In this document: positions 1 to 9,113 of the stretch, piece by piece
Numbering within the stretch: position 1 is the stretch's first letter
How the letters are laid out: every line of letters begins with the position of its first letter
NCBI GenBank assembly: GCA_035624885.1
Contig: DASPQQ010000282.1
Location: forward strand, 1-34,209
Length of the DNA: 34,209 nt
Direction of reading: 5' to 3'
DNA from: Bryobacteraceae bacterium
GTDB lineage: Bacteria > Acidobacteriota > Terriglobia > Bryobacterales > Bryobacteraceae
Translations under genes and position numbers: made by a program
The notes under the pieces: model-generated
Seen by the model: only the letters and a program-made list of their open reading frames with translations
Told to the model about the DNA's origin: nothing
The model's database searches: none

Positions 1-193
1 CCTGCTGCTGTTGCTGGATCGCCTGCTGCAGCGACTGGAGCTGTTGCTGCTGAGCCGCCAGCTGCGCTTTCAGTTTTGCAATTTCGTCATTCTGTGTTGT
101 TGCGTCGTCCGCTGCGCCGAGCAGCCCGGCTCCCACCAGCAGCGATGCCAGAAGGAACGGGGTCCGGCGAAAGGACAGTTTGCCTGAATACAT
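1..193 (-). CDS. N-terminal part of an exported Gln-rich coiled-coil protein; the CDS runs off the left edge of the window
   Basis: ATG at 193-191 (minus) is preceded by GGGAGA. My translation is MYSGKLSFRRTPFLLASLLVGAGLLGAADDATTQNDEIAKLKAQLAAQQQQLQSLQQAIQQQQQ. It shows a signal-peptide-like hydrophobic stretch followed by a Q/L/A-rich heptad-like segment, and stays open to position 1. It is absent from the ORF track because it is truncated. Confidence 0.5.
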   Translation of the reverse strand, partial: MYSGKLSFRRTPFLLASLLVGAGLLGAADDATTQNDEIAKLKAQLAAQQQQLQSLQQAIQQQQQ

Positions 194-310
194 TTAGTTC
201 TCCCTTTTGAAGTCCCGGCGAGATGCTTCCGGGCGTAAAGCTATCGCGATCCGATTGATCCCGGTCCCCTGAATTGACCGGCCGTCGTCACGCGAGCCTT
301 CAGTTTAGGG

Positions 311-328
311 AGTTTTCTGGAGAAAACT
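311..328. promoter_or_regulatory. Perfect 7-4-7 palindrome AGTTTTC-TGGA-GAAAACT in the lower-GC spacer between phoU and the downstream coiled-coil gene; possible operator or weak hairpin
   Basis: Read directly from the sequence. It lies about 70 nt after the phoU stop and about 120 nt before the ATG at 193. No U-tract follows, so it is not a classical terminator. Confidence 0.2.
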
Positions 329-398
329 GATGACAACAAGGTGAAGAAAGTGTTACGAGAATTAACCAGATTGTAGCGTCGGGAATTTTCCGAGGGAC

Positions 399-1070
399 TT
401 AAGTACCGGTCAGCAGGTCCTCATGGTGGTGCCGCACGTCGACTCCCTTAATAAGGAAGAGAACGTCCTCGGCGATGTTGGTGGCATGATCGGCTACGCG
501 CTCCAGGTTGTGCGCGATGAAGATCATGTCGAACGCCGTCCCCGCCGGCGCCTTGCCGTCCTCCAGCATGCCGAGCAACTCGCGATAGACCGAATCCTTC
601 AGGTCGTCCACCTCGTCGTCCGTCTGCAGCACCTGCCGCGCCAGCCCTTCGTCTCTCTGCACGAACGCGTCGAGGCTCTTGCGCACCATCGACTCCACCG
701 TCCTCGACATGTGCGGCACGTCCACCAGAGGTTTGATCTGCGGACGCGAAAGCAGAGAAATGGAACGCTGCGCGATGTTGACCGCCAGATCCCCCATGCG
801 TTCGAGGTCGCTGTTGATCTTGATCGCCGCCGTGAGGAACCGCAGGTCCTTTGCCACAGGCTGGTGCAGCGCCAGCAGCCGCGTCGCGAAGCCGTCAATC
901 TCGATATCAAGCTGGTTGATCCGCTCTTCCGCTTCCCAGATGTTGGCCATCAGGGTCTCGTTGCGATCCACAAGCGACCGGATGCTGCTGTGAATGGACG
1001 TCTCGACAAGACCGCCCATCTCCAGAATCTTGTTCTCCAGTTCCCCGAGCTCCGTGACGAAAGGGCGCAT
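399..1070 (-). CDS. phoU: Phosphate signalling/transport regulator PhoU
   Basis: The 223-aa ORF has the two-repeat PhoU pattern: INSDLERMGDLAVNIA in the first half and IAHNLERVADHATNIAEDV in the second. Length is typical for PhoU. Confidence 0.9.
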   Translation of the reverse strand: MRPFVTELGELENKILEMGGLVETSIHSSIRSLVDRNETLMANIWEAEERINQLDIEIDGFATRLLALHQPVAKDLRFLTAAIKINSDLERMGDLAVNIAQRSISLLSRPQIKPLVDVPHMSRTVESMVRKSLDAFVQRDEGLARQVLQTDDEVDDLKDSVYRELLGMLEDGKAPAGTAFDMIFIAHNLERVADHATNIAEDVLFLIKGVDVRHHHEDLLTGT

Positions 1071-1123
1071 GCTTCTGTTAGAAGCAAGATAGCAGTTTCG
1101 AAGGCGAAATGCGTAGCCTTATT

Positions 1124-1723
1124 TCAAGCGAGGGTGTCGATGGTGCCCGGGCGGCTCGCTTCGAAAACGGCAATCGCCGGTTCCTGCTTCAGAATCCAGC
1201 CCAGTTCGTCGGTTCCCTGCAGCATGCAGGTCTTCGCGAACGGATCGACCGGAAACTCGACTTTCGTCCCGTCCGGCAGCGTCAGCGTCTGCGACGCCAG
1301 ATCGACGTGCACCGTCGCGTCTTCGGGCAGCGCGAACAGCTTCGCATGCACGTCGGCCGGAACGGTAATCGGGAGCAGAGAATTCTTCAGGGCATTGTTT
1401 TTGAAGATGTCCGCGAAGGAAGTGCTGATCACCGCCCGGAAACCGAACTGGGTCAGCGCCCAGGGCGCATGCTCGCGCGAGCTGCCGCAGCCGAAGTTGT
1501 CGCCCGCCAGCAGAATCTCCGCGCCCTCGGCGCGCGGCGTGTTGAGGATGAAATCCGGTTTCGGACTGCCCTCCGCATCATAACGCCAGTCATAGAAAAG
1601 CTGCTTGTCGAGCCCCACTTTCGAAGTCGTCTTCAGAAAGCGCGCCGGAATGATCTGATCGGTATCGATATTGTTCGTGGCGATCGGCACCACGCGGGAG
1701 CTGAATGGAGTAAAGGCTTTCAC
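1124..1723 (-). CDS. leuD: 3-isopropylmalate dehydratase small subunit
   Basis: This is the C-terminal 199 codons of the 1124..2653 track ORF. The sequence [31 protein letters not shown]...[17 protein letters not shown] is the LeuD/aconitase swivel-domain signature. The GTG start at 1723 overlaps the leuC TGA (GTGA, 4-nt overlap). The upstream part of the track ORF is an out-of-frame overlap with leuC. Confidence 0.9.
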   Translation of the reverse strand: MKAFTPFSSRVVPIATNNIDTDQIIPARFLKTTSKVGLDKQLFYDWRYDAEGSPKPDFILNTPRAEGAEILLAGDNFGCGSSREHAPWALTQFGFRAVISTSFADIFKNNALKNSLLPITVPADVHAKLFALPEDATVHVDLASQTLTLPDGTKVEFPVDPFAKTCMLQGTDELGWILKQEPAIAVFEASRPGTIDTLA

Positions 1724-3126
1724 AGTAAGGTCCTCACATCGGTGACCACGCCGGTTATGGCGCTGGCCGCGGCCGTCATCGGCGAAGCGAGGAACGTCCG
1801 CCCGCCCTTGCCCTGCCGGCCTTCGAAGTTCCGGTTGCTGGTCGAAACACTGTATTCGCCCGGGCTCAACTGATCGCCGTTCATCGCGATGCACATCGAG
1901 CAGCCCGGTTCGCGCCAGTCGCAGCCGGCGGCCCTGAAGATCTCCGGGAGCCCTTCGGCAATCGCCTGCCGCTTCACGTCCATCGAACCCGGCACCACCA
2001 TCACCCGCACATTCGGATTCACCTTGCGGCCCTTCAGAATGCTCGCCGCCGTCCGCAGATCCGAGATGCGCGAATTGGTGCAGCTGCCGATGAACACCAC
2101 GTTGACCGGATGCCCCACGATCGGCTTGCCCCCTTCGAGCCCCATATAAGCCAGCGCCTTGGCCAGCGATTCCCGCTCGAGCGGATCCGCCACCGACGCG
2201 GGTTCCGGAATCGGGCTGTTGATCGGCACGCCCATCCCCGGGTTCGTGCCCCAGGTGATCATCGGCTCGAGGCTGTCGCCGTCGATCGTGATCTCGCGAT
2301 CGAACTTCGCGCCGTCGTCGGTCGGCAGCTTGCGCCACCGCGCGAGCGCCGCATCCCAGTCCGCGCCCTTCGGGGCGAAGTGCCGCCCGGCCAGATACTG
2401 GAACGTCGTGTCGTCCGGCGCAATCATGCCCGCGCGCGCGCCGCCTTCGATCGACATGTTGCAGATCGTCATGCGCGCTTCCATGTCGAGCGCGCGAATC
2501 GCCGGACCGGCATATTCGAGCACCGTGCCCGTGCCGCCGCCGATCCCGATCTTCGCGATCAGCGCCAGAATGATGTCCTTCGCCGAAACGCCTTTCTTCA
2601 GCGTTCCGGTCACCGTGCAGCGGAACGTCTTCGAAGGCCGCTGCAGCAGGCACTGCGTCGCCAGCACGTTCTCCACTTCGCTCGTGCCGATCCCGAAGGC
2701 CAGCGCGCCGAACGCGCCATGCGTCGCCGTATGGCTGTCGCCGCAGACCACCGTCATGCCCGGCTGCGTCAGACCCAGCTCCGGCCCGATCACGTGCACA
2801 ATTCCCTGATGCGTCGACTTCACGCCGTAGCAGGGAACGCCGAAATCCCTGCAGTTCTGTTCGAACTGGGCGAGCTGCTTCGCCGCGATCGGATCCATAA
2901 TCGGCAGCGACCGGTCCGTCGTCGGAATGCTGTGATCCACCGTGCCCACTGTCAGATCCGGACGGCGAACCTTCAGCCCGCGATCCCGCAGTCCCTGAAA
3001 CGCCTGCGGCGACGTGACTTCATGCACCAGGTGCAGATCGATATAAATCAACGCCGGCGCGCCCGGTTCCTCATGGACCAGGTGCGACTTCCATACCTTC
3101 TGGCTGAGTGTTAAATTGCCTGACAA
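1720..3126 (-). CDS. leuC: 3-isopropylmalate dehydratase large subunit
   Basis: 468 aa. Contains [41 protein letters not shown], and the Fe-S cluster Cys motifs GSCTNSR and [11 protein letters not shown]. Confidence 0.95.
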   Translation of the reverse strand: MSGNLTLSQKVWKSHLVHEEPGAPALIYIDLHLVHEVTSPQAFQGLRDRGLKVRRPDLTVGTVDHSIPTTDRSLPIMDPIAAKQLAQFEQNCRDFGVPCYGVKSTHQGIVHVIGPELGLTQPGMTVVCGDSHTATHGAFGALAFGIGTSEVENVLATQCLLQRPSKTFRCTVTGTLKKGVSAKDIILALIAKIGIGGGTGTVLEYAGPAIRALDMEARMTICNMSIEGGARAGMIAPDDTTFQYLAGRHFAPKGADWDAALARWRKLPTDDGAKFDREITIDGDSLEPMITWGTNPGMGVPINSPIPEPASVADPLERESLAKALAYMGLEGGKPIVGHPVNVVFIGSCTNSRISDLRTAASILKGRKVNPNVRVMVVPGSMDVKRQAIAEGLPEIFRAAGCDWREPGCSMCIAMNGDQLSPGEYSVSTSNRNFEGRQGKGGRTFLASPMTAAASAITGVVTDVRTLL

Positions 3127-4193
3127 ACTGCTTCTCCTGTTTCTTCCGTGGTGGCCGGCGTCCCTTTCGGCTTCAGATCCGCCGTGACGCGTCCACTGTT
3201 CAGCACCGTTTCCATGGCCCGGTTCACCGCCGCGGCCTCTTCCATGAGACCAAAGCTGTATTCCAGCATGGCCGCGACCGACCCGATGGCTCCAAACGGA
3301 TTGGCCTTGTTCTGCCCCGCGATATCCGGCGCCGAGCCGTGCACCGGTTCATAAAGTCCCGTCCATGCGCCGCTCGGCCGTTTCGCCCCGATCGACGCCG
3401 AAGGCAGCATCCCGATCGACCCGGCCAGCACCGCGCCTTCGTCGCTCAGAATATCGCCGAACATGTTCTCCATCACGAGCACGTCGAAGCGCTTCGGATT
3501 GAGCACGAGCTGCATCGCGCAGTTGTCGACCAGGATGTGATCGAGCTCCACATCGCTGTAATCCTTCGCCACATCGACCACCACCCTGCGCCACAACTGC
3601 GACGTCTCGAGCACGTTCGACTTGTCCACCGACGTCAGCTTCTTCCGCCGCTTGCGCGCCAGCTCGAAACCCATGCGCGTCACGCGGTCGATCTCGGCCC
3701 GCGTGTACGTCATCGTGTTCGTGCCGCGCTCTTCCGGACCCTCGCCTGAAATGCCGCGCGGCGTCCCATAATAAAGACCGCCCGTCAGCTCGCGCACGAT
3801 AATCATGTCCACGCCGTCGATCAGATGATTCTTGAGCGGCGAGGAGTCGAGCAGAGCCTTGTAGCTCCTGACCGGCCGCAGATTGGCGAACACGCCCATC
3901 GTTTTGCGGATTTTCAGCAGGCCGATCTCCGGCCGCTGGCTCGGCGGCGCGTTATCGAACTCGGGCAGCCCCACCGCGCCCATCAGCACGGCGTCGGCCT
4001 CCATGGCGAGCTTTTCCGTCTCGGCCGGGAAGGGAGTTCCTGTTTTGTGGATGGCGATCCCGCCCAGCAATCCCTCGTGGATATTCAGCCTGTGATTCCA
4101 CTTCTCGGCGACGACGCGAAGCACACGTAGTGCGGCGCCGGTGACTTCGGTTCCAATCCCGTCACCGGGCAGCGCAAGAATGTTCAGATTCAA
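3111..4193 (-). CDS. leuB: 3-isopropylmalate dehydrogenase
   Basis: 360 aa. Starts [17 protein letters not shown] and contains [11 protein letters not shown] and [25 protein letters not shown], which are isocitrate/isopropylmalate dehydrogenase signatures. Overlaps the leuC start by 16 nt. Confidence 0.95.
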   Translation of the reverse strand: MNLNILALPGDGIGTEVTGAALRVLRVVAEKWNHRLNIHEGLLGGIAIHKTGTPFPAETEKLAMEADAVLMGAVGLPEFDNAPPSQRPEIGLLKIRKTMGVFANLRPVRSYKALLDSSPLKNHLIDGVDMIIVRELTGGLYYGTPRGISGEGPEERGTNTMTYTRAEIDRVTRMGFELARKRRKKLTSVDKSNVLETSQLWRRVVVDVAKDYSDVELDHILVDNCAMQLVLNPKRFDVLVMENMFGDILSDEGAVLAGSIGMLPSASIGAKRPSGAWTGLYEPVHGSAPDIAGQNKANPFGAIGSVAAMLEYSFGLMEEAAAVNRAMETVLNSGRVTADLKPKGTPATTEETGEAVCQAI

Positions 4194-4196
4194 CCT

Positions 4197-5369
4197 TTAG
4201 TCTCCAGTAGTAGCAGCGAGTGCCTGCTGGCTGCGCCGGGCGAGTTCCGCGATCTCGGCGTCCATCAGGCCTTTCTTATTGTCCGCCAGGGCTGTCATTT
4301 CCGCGTAAACGTAGTCGAGTTCTTCCTTCGAAAGGTTGAACCCGAGCGACTTCACGCGTTCGCTCAGAGCATGCCGGCCGCTGTGCTTGCCGAGCACCAG
4401 CTTGTTCTGCGGAACCCCCACGGACTTCGGTTCAATGATCTCGTACGTCGTGCGCTCCTTGAGCACGCCATCCTGATGGATGCCCGCCTCATGCGCAAAA
4501 GCATTGGCGCCCACAATCGCCTTGTTCGGTTGCGGTCCGAACGTGATTACCGACGCCAGCATCTGGCTCGCCGGATAGAGATGTTCGGTGTGGATGCCGG
4601 TGGTGAAAGGGAAACGGTCATGCCGCGTCTTCATCACCATCACGATCTCTTCGAGCGAACAGTTGCCCGCGCGCTCGCCGATCCCGTTGATCGTGCACTC
4701 CACCTGGCGCGCGCCCGCCCGCACCGCCGCGAGCGAATTCGCGACCGCCAGACCCAGATCGTCATGGCAATGCACGCTGACAATCGCCGTATCGCCCAGA
4801 GCCTTTACTACCCGGCCGATGATCTCGGAATACTCATCCGGCGTCGAATACCCGACCGTATCCGGAATGTTGACCGTCCGCGCCCCGGCCGCTACTACGG
4901 CCCTGGAAATCTCTTCGAGGAATTCCGGGCTCGTCCGCGCCCCGTCTTCGGCTGAAAACTCGACGTCATCCACATAGGTGCGCGCCAGTTCCACCGCCGC
5001 GACCGCGTCTTCCAGCACTTCCTGCTGGGTCTTCTTGAGCTTGTATTTGAGATGGATGTCGCTGGTCGCAATAAAAGTATGGATGCGCGGCCGCCGCGCC
5101 TTCTCGAGTGCTTTGGCGGCGCGCTCGATATCCAGTCTGGTTGTCCTGGCGAGCGCCGCCACCTGCACCCACGGGTATTCCCGGCTCACCGCGTCCACAG
5201 CCTCGAAATCGCCCTGTGAGGCGATCGGAAAACCGGCTTCAAGGATATCCACCCCAAGATCCACCAGCTTTCCCGCCATTTTCAGCTTCTCGGGTACGGT
5301 CATGCTGCATCCGGGAGATTGTTCGCCATCCCGGAGTGTCGTGTCGAAGATCCAGACGCGATTGTTCAT
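4197..5369 (-). CDS. leuA: 2-isopropylmalate synthase family enzyme (DRE-TIM metallolyase), short form of about 390 aa without the C-terminal LeuA_dimer regulatory domain; citramalate or homocitrate synthase specificity cannot be excluded
   Basis: Contains [14 protein letters not shown] and [41 protein letters not shown] place the start at ATG 5369 (MNNRVWIFD). The track start at 5423 is a TTG, and the intervening codons are AT-rich, unlike the rest of the gene. leuB starts 3 nt after the stop. Confidence 0.8.
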   Translation of the reverse strand: MNNRVWIFDTTLRDGEQSPGCSMTVPEKLKMAGKLVDLGVDILEAGFPIASQGDFEAVDAVSREYPWVQVAALARTTRLDIERAAKALEKARRPRIHTFIATSDIHLKYKLKKTQQEVLEDAVAAVELARTYVDDVEFSAEDGARTSPEFLEEISRAVVAAGARTVNIPDTVGYSTPDEYSEIIGRVVKALGDTAIVSVHCHDDLGLAVANSLAAVRAGARQVECTINGIGERAGNCSLEEIVMVMKTRHDRFPFTTGIHTEHLYPASQMLASVITFGPQPNKAIVGANAFAHEAGIHQDGVLKERTTYEIIEPKSVGVPQNKLVLGKHSGRHALSERVKSLGFNLSKEELDYVYAEMTALADNKKGLMDAEIAELARRSQQALAATTGD

Positions 5370-5393
5370 AAGTTGGAAGGTACTCCAATTCCA

Positions 5394-5423
5394 ATTATCG
5401 GGAGGGTAGCCAGAATAAGGCAA
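5394..5423 (-). promoter_or_regulatory. Candidate sigma70-like promoter for the leu operon (minus strand TTGCCT-N18-GATAAT)
   Basis: On the minus strand, TTGCCT (5423-5418) and GATAAT (5399-5394) are separated by 18 nt. They sit in the only AT-rich stretch upstream of leuA, and a GGAG lies between the -10 element and the ATG. The consensus is borrowed from E. coli-type promoters and is untested for this lineage. Confidence 0.25.
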
Positions 5424-5480
5424 ATTTATTTTGTTAGCAGTTTGGATTAGATGAGTTTATGGTCGACAGCGTCGAGCCGC

Positions 5481-6491
5481 TTACCGCCCGTTCGCCTGCA
5501 GCTCATGATGCACCACGCAGGATGTCTCAAGCGGCACGCCATCCTGAAACCGCACCTTCAGCAGCACCTGGTAGTACCGCGGCATTTCTTCCGAAGGCTT
5601 CCTCAGGCTCGCCACCATCTCCCGCGCCGACGCCGGCTCCGTAAAAGCCGACACCGCCCGGGGATCCGGCTCACCAGACTCCACGTCGTCGCCGTATCGG
5701 ACGTCCCGTCATCCTGATACACATCGAGTTCATTCGGCCGCCGGTTCACGTTGCGAATGCCCACTCCCGGCTCGGCGTAGAAATCCGCCTTCGGCGACGC
5801 CAGAACCTTGCCCAGAATGAAACTCGAGTTCGCCCCTCCCAGCGTGCCGTAATAAACCGTCTGCTGTGGCTTGACTCCGAGCGATTTCGATAGCGTCGAG
5901 ATCGCGGCCGATTTCGCGATATCCTCGCGATGGTTCACCTTCTCGTCGCGGAAGATCCCGAATCCCGGGATTTCGACGAACATGGGCGCCGAGATCGAAA
6001 TCACCAGCGCCCGTGGCGAATCGACCAAGGGTCCCCAGATCGCCGCCACCTCCGGCGTCCATTCGGAGACATTCGGCGCGAAGCAGCGCATCCGTCCGGT
6101 CTTCCATCCGCAGCCGGCCGGTCGCGTAAACCGCCCACGCCGTCACCGCGACCACGCACCCGGCGAGGAGCGGCACGAGCCACCGGCCCGCCGCCCGCAG
6201 TCCCGGCGTCTCCCTTGTTTCCACCTGGGAATCCGGCCCGGCCCCACTCCGCAGGCGAGCCTGAAAACTCAGCTTGTAGTGACCCTTCGGCAACTCGACC
6301 ACGACCGGATCGTCTTTGCCCGCGCCCAGGTAGTACTCGGCCAGCTTCTGCCGCAGGCGCCCCGCCTCGATCCGCACGTCGGCTTCGATCAGAAGCTGAG
6401 CCAGTCTCAGATCGTTGCCGCCGTCAACTACCTCAACGCCAACTGGGCCGGCAAGACCGACGCGCACGGCAACGTCTTTCGACCTCTCCAT
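5481..6491 (-). pseudogene. Frameshifted single-pass membrane protein gene, with coding signal spread over three frames and an N-terminus that looks truncated
   Basis: Frame A (6491 down to about 6110) reads ...RIEAGRLRQKLAEYYLGAGKDDPVVVELPKGHYKLSFQ followed by a TM helix WLVPLLAGCVVAVTAWAVYA. Coding-like, high-GC3 sequence then continues in frame B (about 6110-5700, ...ISISAPMFVEIPGFGIFRDEKVNHREDIAK...YYGTLGGANSSFILGK...). It continues again in frame C (about 5700-5481, ...GDDVESGEPDPRAVSAFTEPASAREMVASL...HHELQANGR stop). Neither switch point has a homopolymer or slippery heptamer. Confidence 0.5.
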
Positions 6492-6569
6492 TCGGCTCCG
6501 GCGGCACTCGTGCCATGCAGGTCGGGGGACGCTTCACGTTCCAGCGTCCTCTTTCAAGCCACTGCGTGC

Positions 6570-6613
6570 CGGGCTTCGGCCAACCCCCTGCAGGCCGAAG
6601 CCCGTTTTTTTTT
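6570..6613 (+). terminator. Strong rho-independent terminator on the plus strand, 43 nt upstream of the methyltransferase ATG
   Basis: A perfect 12-bp stem, CGGGCTTCGGCC (6570-6581) with GGCCGAAGCCCG (6593-6604), encloses an 11-nt loop and is followed by T9 (6605-6613). On the minus strand the A-run precedes the stem, so it is directional for plus-strand transcripts. Confidence 0.6.
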
Positions 6614-6656
6614 CATTCATCATTCACCTGACTCGGAATAGAATGGGAACTCGTCC

Positions 6657-7667
6657 ATGAGCCAGCCGCAACCCGACCACATCCTGCAGACCGGCCTCGC
6701 CTTCTGGCCTTCGAAAACTCTTCTGAGCGCGGTCGAGATGGAGCTCTTCACCGAACTCGCAAAGCACCCCGAAGACCTTGCCAGCCTGCAGGGCCGCCTC
6801 GGCCTGCACCCGCGTGCCGCGCGCGATTTTCTCGACGCGCTCGTCGCCCTCGGATTTCTCGAGCGCCGCAACGGCGTCTACTACAACACTCCCGCGACGG
6901 ACCTCTTCCTCGACAAGCGCAAGCCCTCTTACATCGGCGGCATTCTCGAGATGGCCAATCACCGGCTTTATCCCTTCTGGGGCAGTCTCACGGAAGCGCT
7001 GAAAACCGGCCTCCCGCAGAACGAAGCCAAAACAGGAGCTCCGGACCTCTTCACGGAGCTCTACGCCGATCCCGCCCGCCTCAGGCAATTCCTCAAGGCC
7101 ATGACCGGCGTCAGCCACGGCGCCAACCTTGCCATCGCGCAGAAGTTCCCCTTCGCGCGCTACCGCACTGTCGCCGATGTCGGTACCGCTCAGGGCGATC
7201 TCATCGTTCAGGTCGCGCTCGCCAATCCGCACCTTGCAGGCACCGGCTTCGATCTCCCGCAGGTCGGTCCGATCTTCGAAGACTACGTCGCCCTCAACGG
7301 CCTCACCGGCCGCGTGAAGTTCTCACCCGGCAGTTTCTTCGACCACCCTCTGCCCAAAGCCGATGTCGTCATGATGGGCCACATCCTCCACGACTGGAAC
7401 CTCGAGATCAAGCAGATGCTCGTCCGCAAAGCATACGAAGCCCTGCCTGAAGGCGGCGCCTTCATCGTCTACGAATCGATCATCGACGACGATCGCTCTC
7501 AGAACGCCTTCGGTCTCATGATGAGCCTGAACATGCTGGTCGAAACCCCCGGCGGTTTCGACTACACCGGGACCGACTGCGCCGGCTGGATGAAATCCGC
7601 CGGCTTCCGCGAAACCCGCGTCGAGCACCTCGTCGGCCCGGATTCGATGGTGGTGGGGATCAAATAG
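6657..7667 (+). CDS. Class I SAM-dependent O-methyltransferase (Methyltransf_2-like, with an N-terminal winged-helix dimerisation domain)
   Basis: 336 aa. The N-terminal [26 protein letters not shown]...[11 protein letters not shown] resembles a dimerisation domain. [11 protein letters not shown] is a SAM-binding glycine motif, followed by GFDLPQV and MGHILHDW. Confidence 0.85.
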   Translation: MSQPQPDHILQTGLAFWPSKTLLSAVEMELFTELAKHPEDLASLQGRLGLHPRAARDFLDALVALGFLERRNGVYYNTPATDLFLDKRKPSYIGGILEMANHRLYPFWGSLTEALKTGLPQNEAKTGAPDLFTELYADPARLRQFLKAMTGVSHGANLAIAQKFPFARYRTVADVGTAQGDLIVQVALANPHLAGTGFDLPQVGPIFEDYVALNGLTGRVKFSPGSFFDHPLPKADVVMMGHILHDWNLEIKQMLVRKAYEALPEGGAFIVYESIIDDDRSQNAFGLMMSLNMLVETPGGFDYTGTDCAGWMKSAGFRETRVEHLVGPDSMVVGIK

Positions 7668-7677
7668 AACGGCGCGC

Positions 7678-8556
7678 TTAAACGTCCGCCAGCGCCGCCA
7701 CCTTCTCGAGCAGCGCCACCGGATCCTTCCCCGGCGACGGGTCGTACTCATGCGCCACATAGCCGGTATACCCGAGATCGGCGATGCTGCGGAAGATGAA
7801 GCTGTAATTCAGCTCCTGATTCTCATCCATCTCATGCCGCCCCGGCACTCCGGCCGTATGGAAATGCCCGATCAGCGGGAACACGCTTTTGATGTTCTCG
7901 ACCACGTTCCCGTCCATGATCTGCACATGGTAGATGTCGAACAGAATCTTCACCCGCGGTGAATTGACCTTCGACACCACATCCGCCACCCACCCGAGGT
8001 GATTGCCGATCTGATCCACGCGCCCGATCGCCGGATTCGTGTATTTATCGTTCATCACCTCGACGCAAAGGTTCACGCCCTTTTCCTCCGCGTGCCCCTT
8101 CATGCGGTTCAGAAAGGCCAGCGCATTCGCCGTCCCCTCCGCGATCGAAAGCCCCTTCTTCTGCCCGCCCGCGATCAGAATGCTAGGGACGCCGTTGGCC
8201 GCGCACTGATCAATGAACGCCTCGAGCGACTGCGCCATGCTGTCGTGCATTTCCTTATGGATGATGCCGTTCTCGATCGACACCCCGCCGCCCGAGCCGA
8301 TGCAGCACATCAGCCCATACTTCTTCAGCGCGGGCCACTGCGCGGGCGGCACCATATCGAACCCGGCCGCGCCCAGCCGCTGGCCGACCTGAAACATCTC
8401 CTCGTTTGACAGCTTCGATCCGGCGAGCGAGCGCGTGAAGAACGACTGTTTAATACGCCCCTTGCGGGCGATACGGGCCGGAGAAGAGGAAGTCTGCCCG
8501 GAAGCGGTAGCGACGGCGGCCGAGGCCAGCGTGGTCAGCAGGTGTCTGCGATTCAT
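7678..8556 (-). CDS. Hydroxypyruvate isomerase-like / sugar phosphate isomerase-epimerase TIM-barrel protein with a twin-arginine signal
   Basis: Contains ILFDIYHVQIMDGN...IGHFHTAGVPGRHEMDENQELNY...GYTGYVAHEYDP, which is a Hyi-like pattern. I place the start at ATG 8556 (MNRRHLLTTLASAAVATASG, Tat-like). The track start at 8661 adds 35 non-coding-looking residues. Confidence 0.8.
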   Translation of the reverse strand: MNRRHLLTTLASAAVATASGQTSSSPARIARKGRIKQSFFTRSLAGSKLSNEEMFQVGQRLGAAGFDMVPPAQWPALKKYGLMCCIGSGGGVSIENGIIHKEMHDSMAQSLEAFIDQCAANGVPSILIAGGQKKGLSIAEGTANALAFLNRMKGHAEEKGVNLCVEVMNDKYTNPAIGRVDQIGNHLGWVADVVSKVNSPRVKILFDIYHVQIMDGNVVENIKSVFPLIGHFHTAGVPGRHEMDENQELNYSFIFRSIADLGYTGYVAHEYDPSPGKDPVALLEKVAALADV

Positions 8557-8660
8557 GCAGGGGATTATAACGAAGATCCGGCACTCGAAAGCGGCTTCCG
8601 CCGCCTGGGCGACAATGAGGATGTGCCAGACACCCGAACGTGGCGGGCGTTCTGACGGCA

Positions 8661-9113
8661 ATGTCTACCGCCGCCGAAGATCCCTTCGATCTCGCCCGCT
8701 TCGTCTCCGCTCAGGAGCCGCTGATGCGGGAGGTGCTTGCCGAACTCTCCTCCGGCCGCAAAACCAGCCACTGGATGTGGTTCATCTTTCCGCAGCTGAA
8801 AGGCCTCGGCTTCAGCGCGATGGCCGGCTATTACGGGATCGCCTCGCGCGCCGAAGCGGAAGCCTATCTCCGCCATCCCGTCCTCGGCCCGAGGCTCATC
8901 GAGTGCACGAAGCTCGTCAACAGCGCGAATACTCATTCCGCCGGACAAATCTTCGGCGACATCGATTCTCTGAAATTCCGCTCCTCGATGACCCTCTTCG
9001 CCGCCCTCGGTCCCGGGACTCCTGTCTTCGCCGAAGCTCTCGAGAAATACTTCGGAGGCAAGCCGGATTCGCGCACGCTCGATCTCCTCAGCCGGCCCCC
9101 TGCGCCATCATAA
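8661..9113 (+). CDS. DUF1810 family protein
   Basis: DPFDLARFVSAQEP...SGRKTSHWMWFIFPQLKGLGFSAMAGYYGI...EAEAYLRHPVLGPRL matches the DUF1810 pattern as I remember it. ATG 8661 is preferred over the GTG at 8640; the start is uncertain by 7 codons. Confidence 0.8.
   Translation: MSTAAEDPFDLARFVSAQEPLMREVLAELSSGRKTSHWMWFIFPQLKGLGFSAMAGYYGIASRAEAEAYLRHPVLGPRLIECTKLVNSANTHSAGQIFGDIDSLKFRSSMTLFAALGPGTPVFAEALEKYFGGKPDSRTLDLLSRPPAPS

Noticed and set aside
423-1583. 386-aa plus-strand ORF across phoU and leuD
   Set aside because: It is antisense to two well-supported genes and has no motifs.
1724-2653. N-terminal 310 codons of the 509-aa ORF 1124..2653 (-)
   Set aside because: This stretch overlaps leuC out of frame and is Arg/Gly/Asp-rich. 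The real gene, leuD, starts at the GTG at 1723, which overlaps the leuC stop.
5370-5480. Possible leucine leader peptide, attenuator or T-box upstream of the leu operon
   Set aside because: The 111-nt spacer contains no Leu-codon-rich mini-ORF, no terminator hairpin and no T-box-like elements. Only a promoter-like TTGCCT-N18-GATAAT is present, and it is reported with low confidence.
5690-6125. Programmed ribosomal frameshifting as the explanation for the three-frame gene
   Set aside because: Neither frame switch has a slippery heptamer or homopolymer, and no downstream stimulatory structure was noticed. Decay, or an assembly indel, is the simpler explanation.
6491-6656. Assignment of the methyltransferase leader to a known SAM or SAH riboswitch class
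   Set aside because: I could not recognise the conserved cores of the SAM-I, SAM-II, SAM-V or SAH classes from memory. It is kept only as an unclassified structured leader. An Infernal/Rfam scan is needed.
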